In this document: in pieces, positions 10,301 to 23,000 of the stretch
Layout of the letters: each line of letters starts with the position of its first letter
How positions within the stretch are numbered: position 1 is the first letter of the stretch
The notes under the pieces: model-generated
Told to the model about the DNA's origin: nothing
Databases searched by the model: none
The model's input: only the letters and a program-made list of their open reading frames with translations
Position numbers and translations under genes: made by a program
DNA from: a virus
Taxonomy: Duplodnaviria; Caudoviricetes
Virus record (IMG/VR): IMGVR_UViG_3300023714_000001
Direction: 5' to 3' (one strand)
DNA: 64,000 bases

Positions 10301-13300
10301 CAACAGTCGAGTATTATCAGCCAACACTTACCAGACGACTTAATAGTGACTACTACAACAAATCATTGTATAGTGGTTATTGGGATAAATGGGGGCATTC
10401 TCTGTTACCTACGCCAACAGCACCATTTTCCCCGCTCGTTTATTTAATGGACCCGTACTATCTCGAGGAAGAGCATAAGGAAGATCGCCCATATACGGTT
10501 TCCGGCACAATGTTTGATAAAGAAACTCCTTGGGGTATCGTCCTTAATCCTACAATCGGTGAACTTGTAAAACCGGTTGTTAAGATGAACCAGGATAGGC
10601 TGACGGATGACGGGCAGGATGTAAAAGCCATTATCTATGGTATAAACCAGCATATCCGTGATACTGCTCAGGGTGACCACGCATACGCCATGGTATTTGA
10701 CCGCGAACAGATTACCGCCGGCGAATATACTTCATACGCATCTCCCTCACTTGGCCAGTATAATATCCGTATTGGTAAGGATCGTGGGGAGCAGATGCGT
10801 CAGGAGCAGCTTGATGCTCTTGGCGGGCCGATGGAACCAGAGCGCCGCGAAACTCTTTATGAAGGCGGCGGTTCTGGTGATGGCTCTGGTGGCGGCGGAT
10901 TTGGATTCGGCGGTTCTGGCGGCGGAGGTTCTTTTGGCGGGCAATACCCGCTTGACCTTTTGGGACAGACAAACCGAAAAATATACGTAGCTGCCGCCCG
11001 CAATGAAAACAAAGGCGGCATGATCACCACCGACTATATTCGCCATAGTAAAGTAGACGAAATCCTCGGCAACGAAGATATAGGTGACCTGATTAACGCC
11101 GGAGCTGGTGGCGATCTTGTTCACGAGACAGCTCAGTCGCTAAGATTAATTGGCGGTATCTATGGTTATGGCGCAAACAGAGCGTTTGGATTCGGCGAGC
11201 GTGATGGAAAGCAAATTGCAGATGCCGGAGACATTGACTCTTTTAGTCGTTCATTCTGGGATGAATCCGTTGGTGGTATTGGCGGCGGCGTAGCAGAAAT
11301 TGGGCGTCGTTTTATCCCGGAATACAGGCGAAACATTCGCGTCAATCCGCTCTTAAATACGATGCCAGATTGGCTTCCAGAGAAGCTAAGATTCGGGGAC
11401 CCGTATACGCAATTGCCTAAAGGAGAGGCTCGCCTTCCCGGCAAAGGGTATGAGGCGTTAAATGAATTACACCCGGACTCCTATGGAATTTATGGCAGCT
11501 ACGACCGTTATAAGATTTTGGCTGACGTCGCTCCAAATTCAACAGAGTTTAAGGTCTGGAAAAAGATTGCGAACGCTACAGTTACCGACCCCGCTCTAAA
11601 AAAGGACATGGAAAAAATCCAAGAGCGCGTGAATGAACAAAACAAACAGCACGATTTTTACGACTATCGGATTCTCGGCAAAGACGTGGATTATCAGGAT
11701 GCTATTATCCAAGAGGTCAACAAGGATGGTTCATTCCGCATTCGTGGGTCGAATAGATTATTAACTCTTGCAGGCATTGAGTTTGATAAAACGACCGCGA
11801 TGAGTGGGGCTGGTAATCAGATTATGGCCAAGTATTTACATCCCGGCCAGAGTGTAACCATCGCAACAGATTCGAATGAGTATAACAGAGACAATCCTGA
11901 CGGCACAAATAATGGGGAAGGCACTGTAAACGCAGCGGTATTTGTTGATGGTGAAAGTGTCAGTGAGCTTTTACTTAATGAACACAAGGACGTAATCAAA
12001 AAGAAAAAAGACCATCTTAATGCTGCGGACGTATATGCCCTAACAAGTACATTTGACCGCGTGCTTGGCGGTGCTGCAGAGATTGTTGCTCATGCCGACC
12101 TGCCGTTAATCCATGATCGATGGTTGCGTGTAAGAAGCCCGCTTGAATCGTATAACGCAGAACAAGTATACGGCACGCCATACCAAACATGGTCAGATGT
12201 GTGGGGAACGTATATCCAACCGGCTATGGAGAGGGCAGTGTCGGATCATTGGGGTGTAATCCGTGGTGCCGCAGAATGGTTCGCTCTAAATAACTTGCAG
12301 GCCAGAGAAGGTATTGGTAAAACAAAGAAAATGCTGCTATCTGGAGCGGCTGCGCTAATGGATAGAGGGGCATTTATTGGCAGTAGTATTGCTACGTTCT
12401 TCCGTCCTGGTGATGGCGAATTATTCCAGAAAGGCGGTAAGATAGGCTTAGGATTGTCGCTCCTTGGCAATCTGTATACCAGTGCGCAGTCAAGTCCAAC
12501 AGAAGCAGCCGCGAGCTATGCCACGGTTGGCTGGATGGCTGCAGATGTGCTGGATACAGAAAAAGAAAAATTCACCAAAGCGCTTAGCGGTTCTATAGAG
12601 AAGTTTTTCCGAAATGAAGAATCGTGGAAGTTTAGAACAAAAGGTGCGTTTATCGGCGCGGCTGCCGGCGTGGCCATGTCTGGCTTATTTGGCCCATCGC
12701 TTGAAAGTGGAGAGCGTGCCCATTGGACTCCGGACAGGATAAAACAAAAGTGGGAACTTGAAGATTACTTTGACCGCCTGACATATATAAAATATACGGG
12801 GCTCTATAACCGCGCAGCAGAACTTGCCAAGAGCGAAGAAGGCACGGATGTAAAGAAGATTTTCGATGATTATGAAGAATGGAGCGATTGGCGCCGCGAA
12901 ATTATGCAGGACTCGGACGTAAACAACACCGAGTTCACCCATCTAGCCAAGAAGAGAATCCAGCGAGCATTAGATGGTCTTCATGATGAAATCTTCGGCA
13001 GTAATGATGAGAATAACCATCGTTTTGAATATAGCAATGGCTTTTCGATAAACGATCTGCCGGGTGTCCGTAATGGTGTATTCCATTCTGAAGAAGTATC
13101 CGAGGAAGAACGGCTTTATACACTGAATGCTTTGGTAACGATGGGAGTCCGATACAATAAACCGGGCACGTCGCGCACTCAGGAAGATCGTGACATGAGC
13201 CAGCTCAGAGAATTTGAGCGCGTGTATGGGACTAAAATTCCCGACTACTATCAGGTGCATCACATTGTAGAGTTCTCAGAAAACGGTGCGGATGACCCAT

Positions 13301-14037
13301 CTAATATGATTGCTCTTAACCCGGACGATCATCAGTATATCACCGAACAGCAAAAGAAAATCTCAGAAGGCGATTTTACTGCTGCTGAAATCGGCGCAAG
13401 AACTGCAATGCGTATCGGCGAATATGGACGGGCGGCACTGCTCTACAAGAAGGCCGCGGAATCCACTATGTATGGTTTGCGGGCGGATGCTAGGTGGACA
13501 GATGTTGTAAAAGCCTTGCCGAAATACGAGCGAGATTATTTCACTGAGTTCATGCGTGAAAACGATCCTGAAAAGCGCGAGGAAATTCTGCAGACCGTAT
13601 CGCCATTTTTAAGGCGAGCATTGAAGCAGGTCTGGAAGATGGACTACGAATCTGATAAAGGACCGGACAATGAAGAATATTTTCAGAGTCATAATCTGCC
13701 AAACTTCCAGTGGGAAGGGTGGGATCCGGATTCTGACTTGAACAAGGTAAAAGCAAAGACCATCAAAAACGAAGGCATGCTTTTCTCCGATTTTGGAATA
13801 TACGAATCTACGTATCGTGACCAAGAAGTTATCAATGCGCCAAATCTATCACCTAAAGGTGGAGACGATCCGATAACGGTACAGGCAAATCTGCAGGCAA
13901 CTTTGTCTGGTTTGGGGCTTATGGGTGTCGAAGTTTCTGTCGAGCCAAAGTCCACAAAGGGTATTACCTCGGTAATTAACGTCACGAAGGTAACATCGTA
14001 TAAGCTGGGAGAAACGGTTGATAACCTATTCTCCTGA
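7342..14037 (+). CDS. Giant virion protein at tape-measure position, with degenerate SNase-like OB domain and HNH motif (2231 aa)
   Basis: Follows the chaperones. Helical N-half, Gly-rich linker (10862-10940) and hydrophobic segments (12330-12695). HNH motif VHHIVEFSENGADDPSNMIALNPDDH at 13255-13332. Confidence 0.65.
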   Translation: MAEDKLYEEANEDLSDTLIDFGTDIAAAGVAAVSFYRAGGVRTLSKKLSDYSHSGLKRAVDDFRALDYDHINYRTLKKTYEQIRNGMRNFKAQPHDNRIRWEARPGTPIELIMEAAKLRESSPVIQENARWQREVVRRIQKTAYKNLSAALGAAKIKNRDTIKLAQAQMAKLVAHVASEARKGHVDFDTARLQKNFKVTGAGGDFYQKVIDTAKSQAEKFSLNAAKHKGRTIENQIADRLEAVETLERAAGGRYSGNTLRDKAFGDGLVTIRDTLSHADRFNDTDGTLFIGSDHSVKERSFLKALQELHERVKAKNDKEMLERFENIVIDPHLRKTADGEIYSLDPLYKARYKVLKSLAYTMPGKILKLADMMMSEATPAFYQFKKGTLNPVLAAFEEGNTTKRIMSDYFYMAGKVFRYDEESNKLLDESVKELDGGTLFSTRFAGMANLYKDINGLNAQRVRQDGSISKILDLNAAPGMNPWDYLAGYFSGERDKKYLPNVIKDIKSGNLFSTSDDIDDVYERLSSLNIFLNKSTRGLTLPMLSALENVARETAAQDGRDALEIISLLRLNNGEQILDGVKAMVGAHGGTDGAFLNNRLNRLVSKFARNESATKGSVELLEDISGAWTDDISAAGGLDFYGQLQRELSKEALMRMAENSRDEAGGLYNAIKGVIEKSSMSHADEEAAKRLAYTSILDNETMNAFTGFGKYQRSEYDVVDPITNQSLLESLIAKYTTVAGGKTTRAGEQDASRVIQDMVNDGHEWQMLHANGRNHESDIPEQYIESDYAILRKSSGPLEILKAINQSITDSSLDALKDEGMNFINQLKAGGHDAGNLSRMTMVPYFFLRRLGGDDLPPFLQFSNEALDSTWGLTKAIAKRIAPVAIGETYLEWGDDTVGAVTGVRPSAGFVNTLDYMDIGARTMLDMTGIGGFLESESYVNPIMQYWGGRDGYYDADEERDFIANGYEAVRRGRYWSFGSVNEFRGSTVEYYQPTLTRRLNSDYYNKSLYSGYWDKWGHSLLPTPTAPFSPLVYLMDPYYLEEEHKEDRPYTVSGTMFDKETPWGIVLNPTIGELVKPVVKMNQDRLTDDGQDVKAIIYGINQHIRDTAQGDHAYAMVFDREQITAGEYTSYASPSLGQYNIRIGKDRGEQMRQEQLDALGGPMEPERRETLYEGGGSGDGSGGGGFGFGGSGGGGSFGGQYPLDLLGQTNRKIYVAAARNENKGGMITTDYIRHSKVDEILGNEDIGDLINAGAGGDLVHETAQSLRLIGGIYGYGANRAFGFGERDGKQIADAGDIDSFSRSFWDESVGGIGGGVAEIGRRFIPEYRRNIRVNPLLNTMPDWLPEKLRFGDPYTQLPKGEARLPGKGYEALNELHPDSYGIYGSYDRYKILADVAPNSTEFKVWKKIANATVTDPALKKDMEKIQERVNEQNKQHDFYDYRILGKDVDYQDAIIQEVNKDGSFRIRGSNRLLTLAGIEFDKTTAMSGAGNQIMAKYLHPGQSVTIATDSNEYNRDNPDGTNNGEGTVNAAVFVDGESVSELLLNEHKDVIKKKKDHLNAADVYALTSTFDRVLGGAAEIVAHADLPLIHDRWLRVRSPLESYNAEQVYGTPYQTWSDVWGTYIQPAMERAVSDHWGVIRGAAEWFALNNLQAREGIGKTKKMLLSGAAALMDRGAFIGSSIATFFRPGDGELFQKGGKIGLGLSLLGNLYTSAQSSPTEAAASYATVGWMAADVLDTEKEKFTKALSGSIEKFFRNEESWKFRTKGAFIGAAAGVAMSGLFGPSLESGERAHWTPDRIKQKWELEDYFDRLTYIKYTGLYNRAAELAKSEEGTDVKKIFDDYEEWSDWRREIMQDSDVNNTEFTHLAKKRIQRALDGLHDEIFGSNDENNHRFEYSNGFSINDLPGVRNGVFHSEEVSEEERLYTLNALVTMGVRYNKPGTSRTQEDRDMSQLREFERVYGTKIPDYYQVHHIVEFSENGADDPSNMIALNPDDHQYITEQQKKISEGDFTAAEIGARTAMRIGEYGRAALLYKKAAESTMYGLRADARWTDVVKALPKYERDYFTEFMRENDPEKREEILQTVSPFLRRALKQVWKMDYESDKGPDNEEYFQSHNLPNFQWEGWDPDSDLNKVKAKTIKNEGMLFSDFGIYESTYRDQEVINAPNLSPKGGDDPITVQANLQATLSGLGLMGVEVSVEPKSTKGITSVINVTKVTSYKLGETVDNLFS

Positions 14038-14046
14038 GTAATTTTT

Positions 14047-14080
14047 GACGACTGTAATCTTGCAGTCGTCTTTTTGTTTT
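14047..14080 (+). terminator. Intrinsic terminator-like hairpin
   Basis: GACGACTGTA-ATCT-TGCAGTCGTC followed by TTTTTGTTTT. Confidence 0.7.
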
Positions 14081-14093
14081 AGGAGAATAATTA

Positions 14094-17000
14094 ATGGCAA
14101 ATAACATTTATTCCAACCGGGCGACATCCCGACTTGCAAATAGAGAAAGACAGAATCGGGCGGCAGAAGACCGTTTAATTAAAAGAAGCAGTCAACAATA
14201 TTTAGAAGAGCTTAGGCAGTACAATGAAGACAAAAAGGCTTCAAAAAGTGTGACTGACAATTCGTTGGTGAAGCCGGTATTTCAGCACCCAATAGACTTA
14301 GAGATAGAACTTGAGATCTTAAATAACCAAGCGCTGATTCCATCCATGTCTAGAATTGCTAATTTTGACTGGGCGGGCGCAAATGCAGTTTATGGGGCGC
14401 TCCCAAAGCGCTTTAATGAGCGAGGGGAAGTAAGTACTGAAGTAGCAAATATATATGAACAAAAATTCCTGCCCGTAGTGGGAGAGCTGTTAAATAGCGT
14501 ACAATCCCCTACACAGTTAAGCACGGTGCAATCTGGTGATGAGCTATTAAAACGCACAATCATTCAGGATGCCCAGCTTAACTATGCCTTCAATTACAAT
14601 GCCCTTGTAAAAACGAATATGCAAAAACAAAAGAAAGTTGTTGAGCATATCCAGAAAACCGGGAAATTTATTGAGTATGACCTCGAGGGTATTGGAAACG
14701 ATATAACTGAATTCTCCTTTATTGAATTTGACACCAAGGCCAAGACCGGCACGCCGGTAAAGAAATGGATGACCGGCCTTACTGGTGTTAATCCGGAAAC
14801 CGCAAAAGAACTTCAGTCATTAATTGACGATTATAGACAGTTCGGTTTCAAACATGGTGACCAGAAAAATGGTGTATCTGAAGCAGATCGTTACAAACTG
14901 GAAGCCATTGCTAAACGTGGGCATAAAAAGACGGTTGTAGAAAATAAGGATGGCATTAACATCCTTAAAAGTTATGCTGTTAACGAAGACGTTTTGATTC
15001 CGCAGGTCGAAGATTTAGAGCGCGGTCTGCAAGGGCTCATTGATGACTATAATGTCATCCACAGTGCAAAACCCAAAACATATAGTTTCGACGGGAGACA
15101 GTACCAACTCTATCGCGACGACTATATGATGCTACGCATGCTTTACGACGCAAAAAAACGCAATATAGCTCTGTCAGGTCTCAACGTTTTTGGTTACGAT
15201 AACGCCCAGATAAACCGCAAATTCAACCAGGCTACTGGTGACGCATATTTGCTATGGAAGCAGATAACCGGCACGGGCGACATGAACGACGCATTCCTCA
15301 TTATGGATAAAACAATGATCCATCGTGAGAAAAACGACCCCGCAAAAATTCTGGCAAATGTTAACGGCGCTCTCGAAGATATCGCGGCGAATCCGGGGAA
15401 TACATTAAATACATCCCGGGGGCAGCAGGCAAGATACGGTAATATGATTGACCCGGCAACCGGGAAAATCATAAATGGCCCCGACCGTTACCAGCAGATG
15501 ATGCATGAGCTGTTTAATGGCGTAATCTATGCGCAGCACGCAGCTTTCTCGGATACAGCTATTCAAGGCTTCACAACTATTGATATGCTGAAGGACAGCT
15601 CTTTTACGGCTACAGTAAAAGATGAGAACGGGAAGAATATAGCAAACCCTGATTATATATTCAGCGATAGCAAAATGGAACCCGAAAGACTCGCTAAGGC
15701 CGGGGATATCTTTTATGTCCAAAAGGGTGTTATGGGGAATACCGCTGCTGGCGGCATGAGCTTCGTTGTTGATGGATTATCTGGCGATATAAGATTCGAT
15801 GGAGTAAGATTCGATGCTCAGGGGAAACTCCTGACAAAAGAGAATCTGGTAGCGCCGGCGCTAAAGAGTAATACTTATGCCATGCTTGCTGGCGTAAAAG
15901 AGATATCTGTTGACAGCGCTATCGGCAGAGAATATGGAAAAATCAAAGGCACAGCCGGGGCGGAAAATCTCGTAGCCTTGATGTTTTATCAGTATGGCGA
16001 GGCATATAAAGGAGACGCCGAAGGAAAATTAAAGGACTTAAATGTCTGGGTAGGCACAAAAACCGAAGCGGAAGAATTTCTAGGTTCTAACCCATATGTA
16101 GGTTCTGTTGTCCCCAAAAGCACTCCAAAGACACTCGAAGATTGGCGCACCATATCTTCGACAAATAGGCATACTGATACAACAGGAGTATCTTCTTCTG
16201 TAAATGAAAAATTTGGCAAGAGGCATGAAGATGGCTCTATAGCAGGCTTAAATGAGGCTGTAAAAGAATCTAACATAACAAAGCAGCGGGATTCTGCAAG
16301 TAATTGGCTCCGCAGCCTTAGTTACAAAAAAGCGAAAGCTGCGCATGAGTACATAACAAAGCTGAATAATGATCTGAGCAAAGCTATGACTTCCCGCAAT
16401 ATAACTGGTGGGATTTCCGAATTTGCAATACAGCAATTAAGTGCGTTTGCTGGCAATAGAAAAGCTCTTCTTAGCGAGTACAGCATGTTTGAGCAAAAAG
16501 AAGGTGCTGAGGTCTTAACCCAGACTATTGCGAATGCTACTTATTCTGCTGGATATCTTGATAAGGTAAAAGACATACTGAACGAGTCCTTAAAGCTGAC
16601 GGAAAAGCTGGCCGGCCCAAATGCGGATAAAGCTGTCAAAGATCAGTACTTTACGCAAATTTATGAACATGCTTTGGCGGTATTAGCGGAAGAAACAGGG
16701 GCTTATACGCCGGCACAAGCATATGGCCAGGCAGCTTCCGGTCAGCTTAGAACCGGCAAACAGGCTCGCTCAGTTTTGCTTGACATCTCCAGTATTGCTC
16801 CAACAAAATTTAATAATAGTTCAGGCCTTAACAGCCAAACTGGGATGTTTTTTGAGATTGATCCTCACGAGACAGAACCGCACTGGGTAGCTAGGCTGGC
16901 GAAAATGCTCGGAACTGAAAATAAAGCCGTAGCCGTACGCAAGCTAGGCGCTCTGATTTCCAAGCAATATGGAGAAATAAGCGGTATCAAGAATCTCTCT

Positions 17001-20000
17001 CGTGATCTTGCTAATATGCCTGCGGAGCCATCGGCGCTGATGTTGAGAGTTAATCAGGCGTTAAGAGTTATACAGAAAAAACGCCCAGAGGTTCTGAAAG
17101 TACCAGAAACAAAATACCTGGATACAGTGAATGGGCCCGCATCTATTGACGTCTTTAATAGTCTTTCCGAAAAAGAGCAGAAACCTATTAAAAAGAAGAT
17201 GTATGATACCAGCGGCATCCAAAAAGTTGCCAAGGGCAGTGCAGATATTGAAGATCTTGTAAGGAAAATTACAGAATCTATTTTTGCGCCAACAAGCCAG
17301 TTCGATATGAATGGTAACAAAGTCACTGATGCTGCACGAAGTGAATTAATCGCGCATGGATATTCCTCATGGGAAGCAGAGGAGATGATTCGTGACCGTG
17401 ACAAGCGTATAGGGGCAACAAAGAGATATCTGCGTAACGCGTTAACACCGATTCTGAGTTCAAACAATCAGGTAACGTACAGGTTCGATTCGGACAGAAT
17501 GCGGCTTGAGCTCATTGACGCAGCAAGTGGCGGCAGCACGTTTGATATCTCCAATCTGCTGCCGATGGAACACTATGATTCCAAGACTGGCCGCTTTTAT
17601 ACGCAGTTTGGCAACTCTCAGATTGCCACATTAAAAACTCTTGGGCGAAGTGTTGATGAAAATGGTGTGGCCGGAGCTTTTGAATTACGCAGTCAGATTG
17701 ATGTTGCGGCAGACCATTTAGCGCAATTTGCAAGATACGCGAACAATGCAGGACGCACAGCAAGTGAGAATATCGGTACGCTGCAGTGGGTAATGAAAAA
17801 AGCAGTCGAGCTTATTCGTCCGGACAGTGTAACAAGGTATGATCACCAGGATAAGCGTTTCGGGTTAATGCTTGACTTTATGCCGCTCGTAAAAGAGTTT
17901 GGCTACTTTAAACGTCTTGGCGCGTTTGACGAACTAAACCTTAGCGAAGGCACGCTAAAAGCTTTGAACTCGATGGCCACACGGCTTGAAAAAGAGAACG
18001 GGGAAACAGAGTTCGGGAAAATAAAAGCCCTAAAAGATGTAAAGCCGGATGAACTCGAAGCCATTTATAAAGACTTCGATACCATTTTCGGTGCCTTAGC
18101 AGAAGATAGTAAGTTTTCACAAGCTGTATTTGGCAATCTGCCACAAAACAAAAAAGAATACGCACAATCCAGATTGGCTCATATCAACAGGCATGCCGTC
18201 AAAGATCCGAGCAGGGCGCTGGCTTCATTTACAAACACGGGGTATGACGCAACGGCTTTCGCTGGCAAAGATAATCGTTCCGTAACTGTTGCTACGGCCA
18301 GAGCTCGGACGATGGATGTAGACAGCTTCTTACGTGAAGATGAGAGCCGAAAAGAGCTTGTCCGTGGCGGCAGGATTCTCCTTACCGAAGCTGAAGAAGC
18401 CGACATAACGCATGGGCGCTACGGAACCATTCGTACGAGAGCACTGAATATCGATACTTCGGTTTACGAGTCTGTGATTGCCGCCCGCCTTGAAGACGAA
18501 GCAAGTGGTAAGGTTCAAAAGGTATTATCCAGCCTTAAAGATTCGGACGAAGTAGTCCGCTTCTTAAACGAGAACGGCTCAATAGCCAATCCGCGGCTTC
18601 TGCATTTATTCCCGAAGAATATTAACCAGAAACACCTGACGGATGGCCTTATTGATATAGATGAACTCCAAGGCACTGCAACTATAGAGGCAATAGAAAA
18701 CGAGAAGAAGGTTCGTCGTGCCACAGAAGAAGTGGTAGAGCTTGTCCGGGAAGCGGATAAAGTCGCCTTCAAATATGCGGCTGATGGTCGCGGCTGGGAA
18801 TATGTCCAGCGCGGCGATATTATTGCCTGGGATAAAAGCTACGCCGGTACTCCGTCAAAAGTACGAGCAGAGCGAGAAGGATATCTTTATAAGCGCTACT
18901 TCATGGGAGGACGTGAAGTAGATGAAGCCGAAATTAATGATGTACTCAATAAGCATTTTGACAAATTCAAAGAGTATGGCAGGGGTGCATCTTCTAAAAC
19001 CAATGCTGAAATCAGGCAAATAGCGGCAGAAGTTTTATCCGGAGAAGGGTACACGCTCCGCTACATTGTTAAGTCTGGAGACGCTCTGGGATATCAGAAG
19101 CTCATAGACAATAAAGAAAAAGCCGTAAACGACTTTTTACTGGCCGGTCTCGGTGAAGCTGATGAAGACATTAAAAAGCTTTTAGTCCCCAAAGAAGACG
19201 GCGTGGCGAAAAAAGTTCTTCGTCCGTCACCAGAGGCCCTGAAGGATATCGAGCATTTTAATGCTTATCTGGAAGCGAATGGGTACCGAGCAATTGACAA
19301 AAAATCTATTGCGGATTGGGGCGAATTTAAGAAAAAGGTTATCGCCGAACAGTCGGTTAAATTTGATGCGGTAACACAATCGTTACAAGACGCTGGCTTT
19401 GTAGATAAGGACACAATCAAAAACGGCGTGAATCGCCTCGGTATTGTCAGCACGGCAATGCTTGAACAAATGAAAGGTTCACACCGGGAAAATGACCGTA
19501 TCGAATCTCGTGTTGCCGATGCAATCGACGCATATGCTAGAGCAATAGAAGCTGGCGAAAAAGCTAAGGCTGAAGCAAAAGGAGTTGAGTATGCCGGTTC
19601 TTTTGAAGCGGCATACCAAAAAGCATCCGAAGAGATCCTTGGCCAATTGCAGCAGAAAGCTGTATTTAAGGACAGAGACGGCAATAATCTTCTCGCCGAT
19701 TTGGACTTGTCAGCTGAAAGAAAATATGACGGCATTGTCCTTAGCAATGATTTGTACACCGTCGATATTAACAAGCTGGATAAAATCGTTGGCCAATATG
19801 TAAAGGAAAACCGCGTTACGGCGGATGGTGTTAGCGAAAGTGTTCGAAAAGCAATAGCTTCTTCCATCGAGTACAACGCCGGTGTAGAGATGGATAAGAA
19901 GGAATCGGCGTTCAGGGAAGGCCGCCTATCGCAAGAAGCATACGATAAAGCAAAGGACGATTTCCAGGATCAAATAAAAAAGGCTGAAAGAGTTGCCGGC

Positions 20001-23000
20001 GGTGACAAGAACGAAGTCCTTGGCTATCAAAAAGTATCAGGACTATCCGTAGCCGCAGATGCTGATGAGGTAGGCCTCAATAACGGCAGCAACAGCAAAG
20101 GCGTAAAGATGACACGCCGTCTTGCCCAGAACCTTAACCAGGAGGTTGTGGATGAGAAGGGGCTCGATTCGGTTCGCTTGGCTTATGAAAAGATGTTGCA
20201 AAATACCTCAGGGGAAGAACAGCAGCAGGAGATTCTTGACCGCTTTAACAGACGCTATAAAGACTTTGGCGTATCCGCAAAATGGAATGCGGAAGATGGC
20301 AAGCTGACGGCCACTTACAGCGAGCCGGGAAAACTACATCGCATAAATGCAGACATAATCAAGAACATGGAAGAGGAAATAATCCGTGGTCAGGGATTTG
20401 GGGCTATATGGGGTGATGGTGTTAGTACTGGCGGGGTTCGCGGTGTTATCATAGACGGGCATGTTCATGCAGATGATATGCGCGAACTTAAACAGCGTGG
20501 CATCAGTGAGAAGTCTATCAATACGATGATTAAAGCTTATGAAGAAGCCCATGGAGCTAAAATCATTGGCATGAATAACTTCCTTAGCCAGTATTCTTAT
20601 CAGTCCAGTGCCGCGGCCAATGAATTCAACGCCCAGATGGGAAAAGCCGAAACAGAAGCTGAACGCGCTGAATTAATCGAGCGGTTTACCAAAAACAATC
20701 CTGATTTTAATGTAAGAGGAATCTGGGAACTAAACACAGATAAGCAGTTCTTCCAAAATGACCCCCTGAACCCGAATAATCGTAATATGATTATTGATAT
20801 GGGCGAAGGCGCAGTTCAGCGCTACGTTGCTGTGCCAATGGAAAACCTTTCCATGATGGATGCAGCAAATGGAGAAGGAGTAATATCTGGTTCGGCTGTC
20901 CGCGACAATATTAGCAGCCTCCACCACTATTTCGAAGAGCAAAGATATCGCGGCGCTACAGTAAGCGAGTTTTATAAGAACAAGTATAATGAAGGAATTG
21001 GTGATCTTCTAAAATCGATAGTAAATCTCTCGGTTCATAAAGAAGGCGCTGCAGCTCAGGTAACAAGCGATTATATTACGGGGTCTGGCACATTCAAGGC
21101 TGATATTATCCGTATGACCGCAGATAATAATTTTGAGACTATTGTTCGTAATGAAGCGGGTGAAGTTGTAAACGGCGAAAAGAAAGCCTTTGGTTTGATG
21201 AATACAGCCAAAGTAGATGGGATGAGTCTTGCTGACCATATCAGGGCCGGGCACAATATTAACGCTACATTCCTTGGTGAAGATTTCTTTGTAAATGCCT
21301 TGCAGGATGACAGTTTGTTTGGAATTTTGGGACAACTTGGTATAAAGGATAATAAAAAAATAGTCAATGACTTCCTCGATAATATAAACGATGGCGGCGG
21401 ATTGGGCTTGCAGATGAGACAGCCTGCCGAGTATAATACGTCAGTTGGTGGTTCATACTTATTCCTTGACAGAAGCCTTTCTCGTAACCAGGCAAGGATA
21501 ACACAAAGTACACTTGCCGGCCAGAACGGCGATAAGGACGGTGACTTGGTTTATGCACTGCTTGCCCGTGCAGATGCACAAATTAAAGTTACTGGTGTAA
21601 ACGAGGACGGAGAAGAAGTTGTATTAAAATCCTTCAATGCTCGCATTAACAACCTGCAGAAAAACCTGATAGAGAATAACCTGGATGCCGGGAATCTTGG
21701 TATTAAAGACCTGGAGAATTTCTCGGACGTAAAGATAAGCGTAGGTTTTTCCGGGAAAGACCCGTTCGAGGCATACGCCCGTTCAGCGGAAGTAATTGGT
21801 ACGTCTTCACTCACAGGCGTAAAAAGAGATGTGCTAACGCTTAACGACTTAGACAAAGCTATCAGGATCCGTAACGAAAAAGCAGAGACAATGGTTGCCG
21901 GCAGGGTTTGGAATTCAAACCAGTTAAGTGTGAGTGACCGCAATAAATTCAATGAAGCTTTTGAGCAGGAAATTCAGGGCAGCAAGGAATTTAACCAAGC
22001 TATTGAGGAGTACAACAAAGAGAATGGCAAATCAATAACTGCCGAAACTCTGACAGCAGATAGTTTAGCTACAAATTCTGATGGACAGGGCATTGCAGAC
22101 AGATACTTGAAAATTCGATATGGTAAAGACACTACGTCGGATGAGTATAATGCAGAGGCCGAAATTCTGGCCAACAGAGTAAATAAGCTGAATATGGATG
22201 ATGAAATTGCAGCACATATGGGCAAAGAAAGAGCTGGTATTTTTAACATGAATACCTACCGCATGACCCAGGTTGCACATATTATCCGCGATCACGGTTT
22301 AGACAATGGTTTAACTGATGCCGACCTAAATATAATCAACCAGTTTATGGTTCATGTTAAGGAAGCTGGTCAGGCTCCTAAAAACGCGACAGCGACAGCT
22401 TCCAGCCTGGAGGGGCTCGACACGGCGCTGAAAGACTTCTGGGGTATTGGCACGGGCCGGAATGGAGTAGTCTATCAAAAACAGGCAGACCCGACAAAGT
22501 TAAACGAACTCATTGATGAGGTTTACGCTGGAGAAATTAAGGAGTTTAAAAAACTTCCGGAACGAATGAAAGATCCGGAAACTGGCACTGTGAGTGCTGA
22601 CAGGATTAAGGAAGCTTTCAGCCATCTTATGTCTGAGGGCAATTCCCTTAATGGTGAACTTTACAAAGCTTTGCGTGTCGGCTATGCGATGGATATGTCA
22701 TACACCAATATTGGCACGCCAGATGAAGGCGATATGCTCTACCGCGCTAATCAGATTAAAGATAAATGGGTAGAAGACATTGGGTTTGAAGATGCCAAGA
22801 CGCAGCACGTCGATATCATGACAACTCCGTCAAGGATCGCGGGAACCTCTGAATTTAGCGACACACCGTATACCCAGGACGAAATGATTGGAGATCTTTC
22901 GGAAGGCGAGCTGACAATGGGAGATCAGGTGCGAGGCCTGTTAAGTTCGATAAAAAAGAACTTCAAGGGGCATGGTGCGATGGCTATGCTCGGTTTTGCC

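Noticed and set aside
10862-10940. GGC-rich repeat
   Set aside because: It encodes a Gly/Ser linker within the 2231-aa protein and is not a separate element.
12900-13400. Intein or group I intron carrying the HNH motif
   Set aside because: The frame is uninterrupted and I see no intein splice motifs (N-terminal C/S block, HN-C/S/T end) or intron boundaries.
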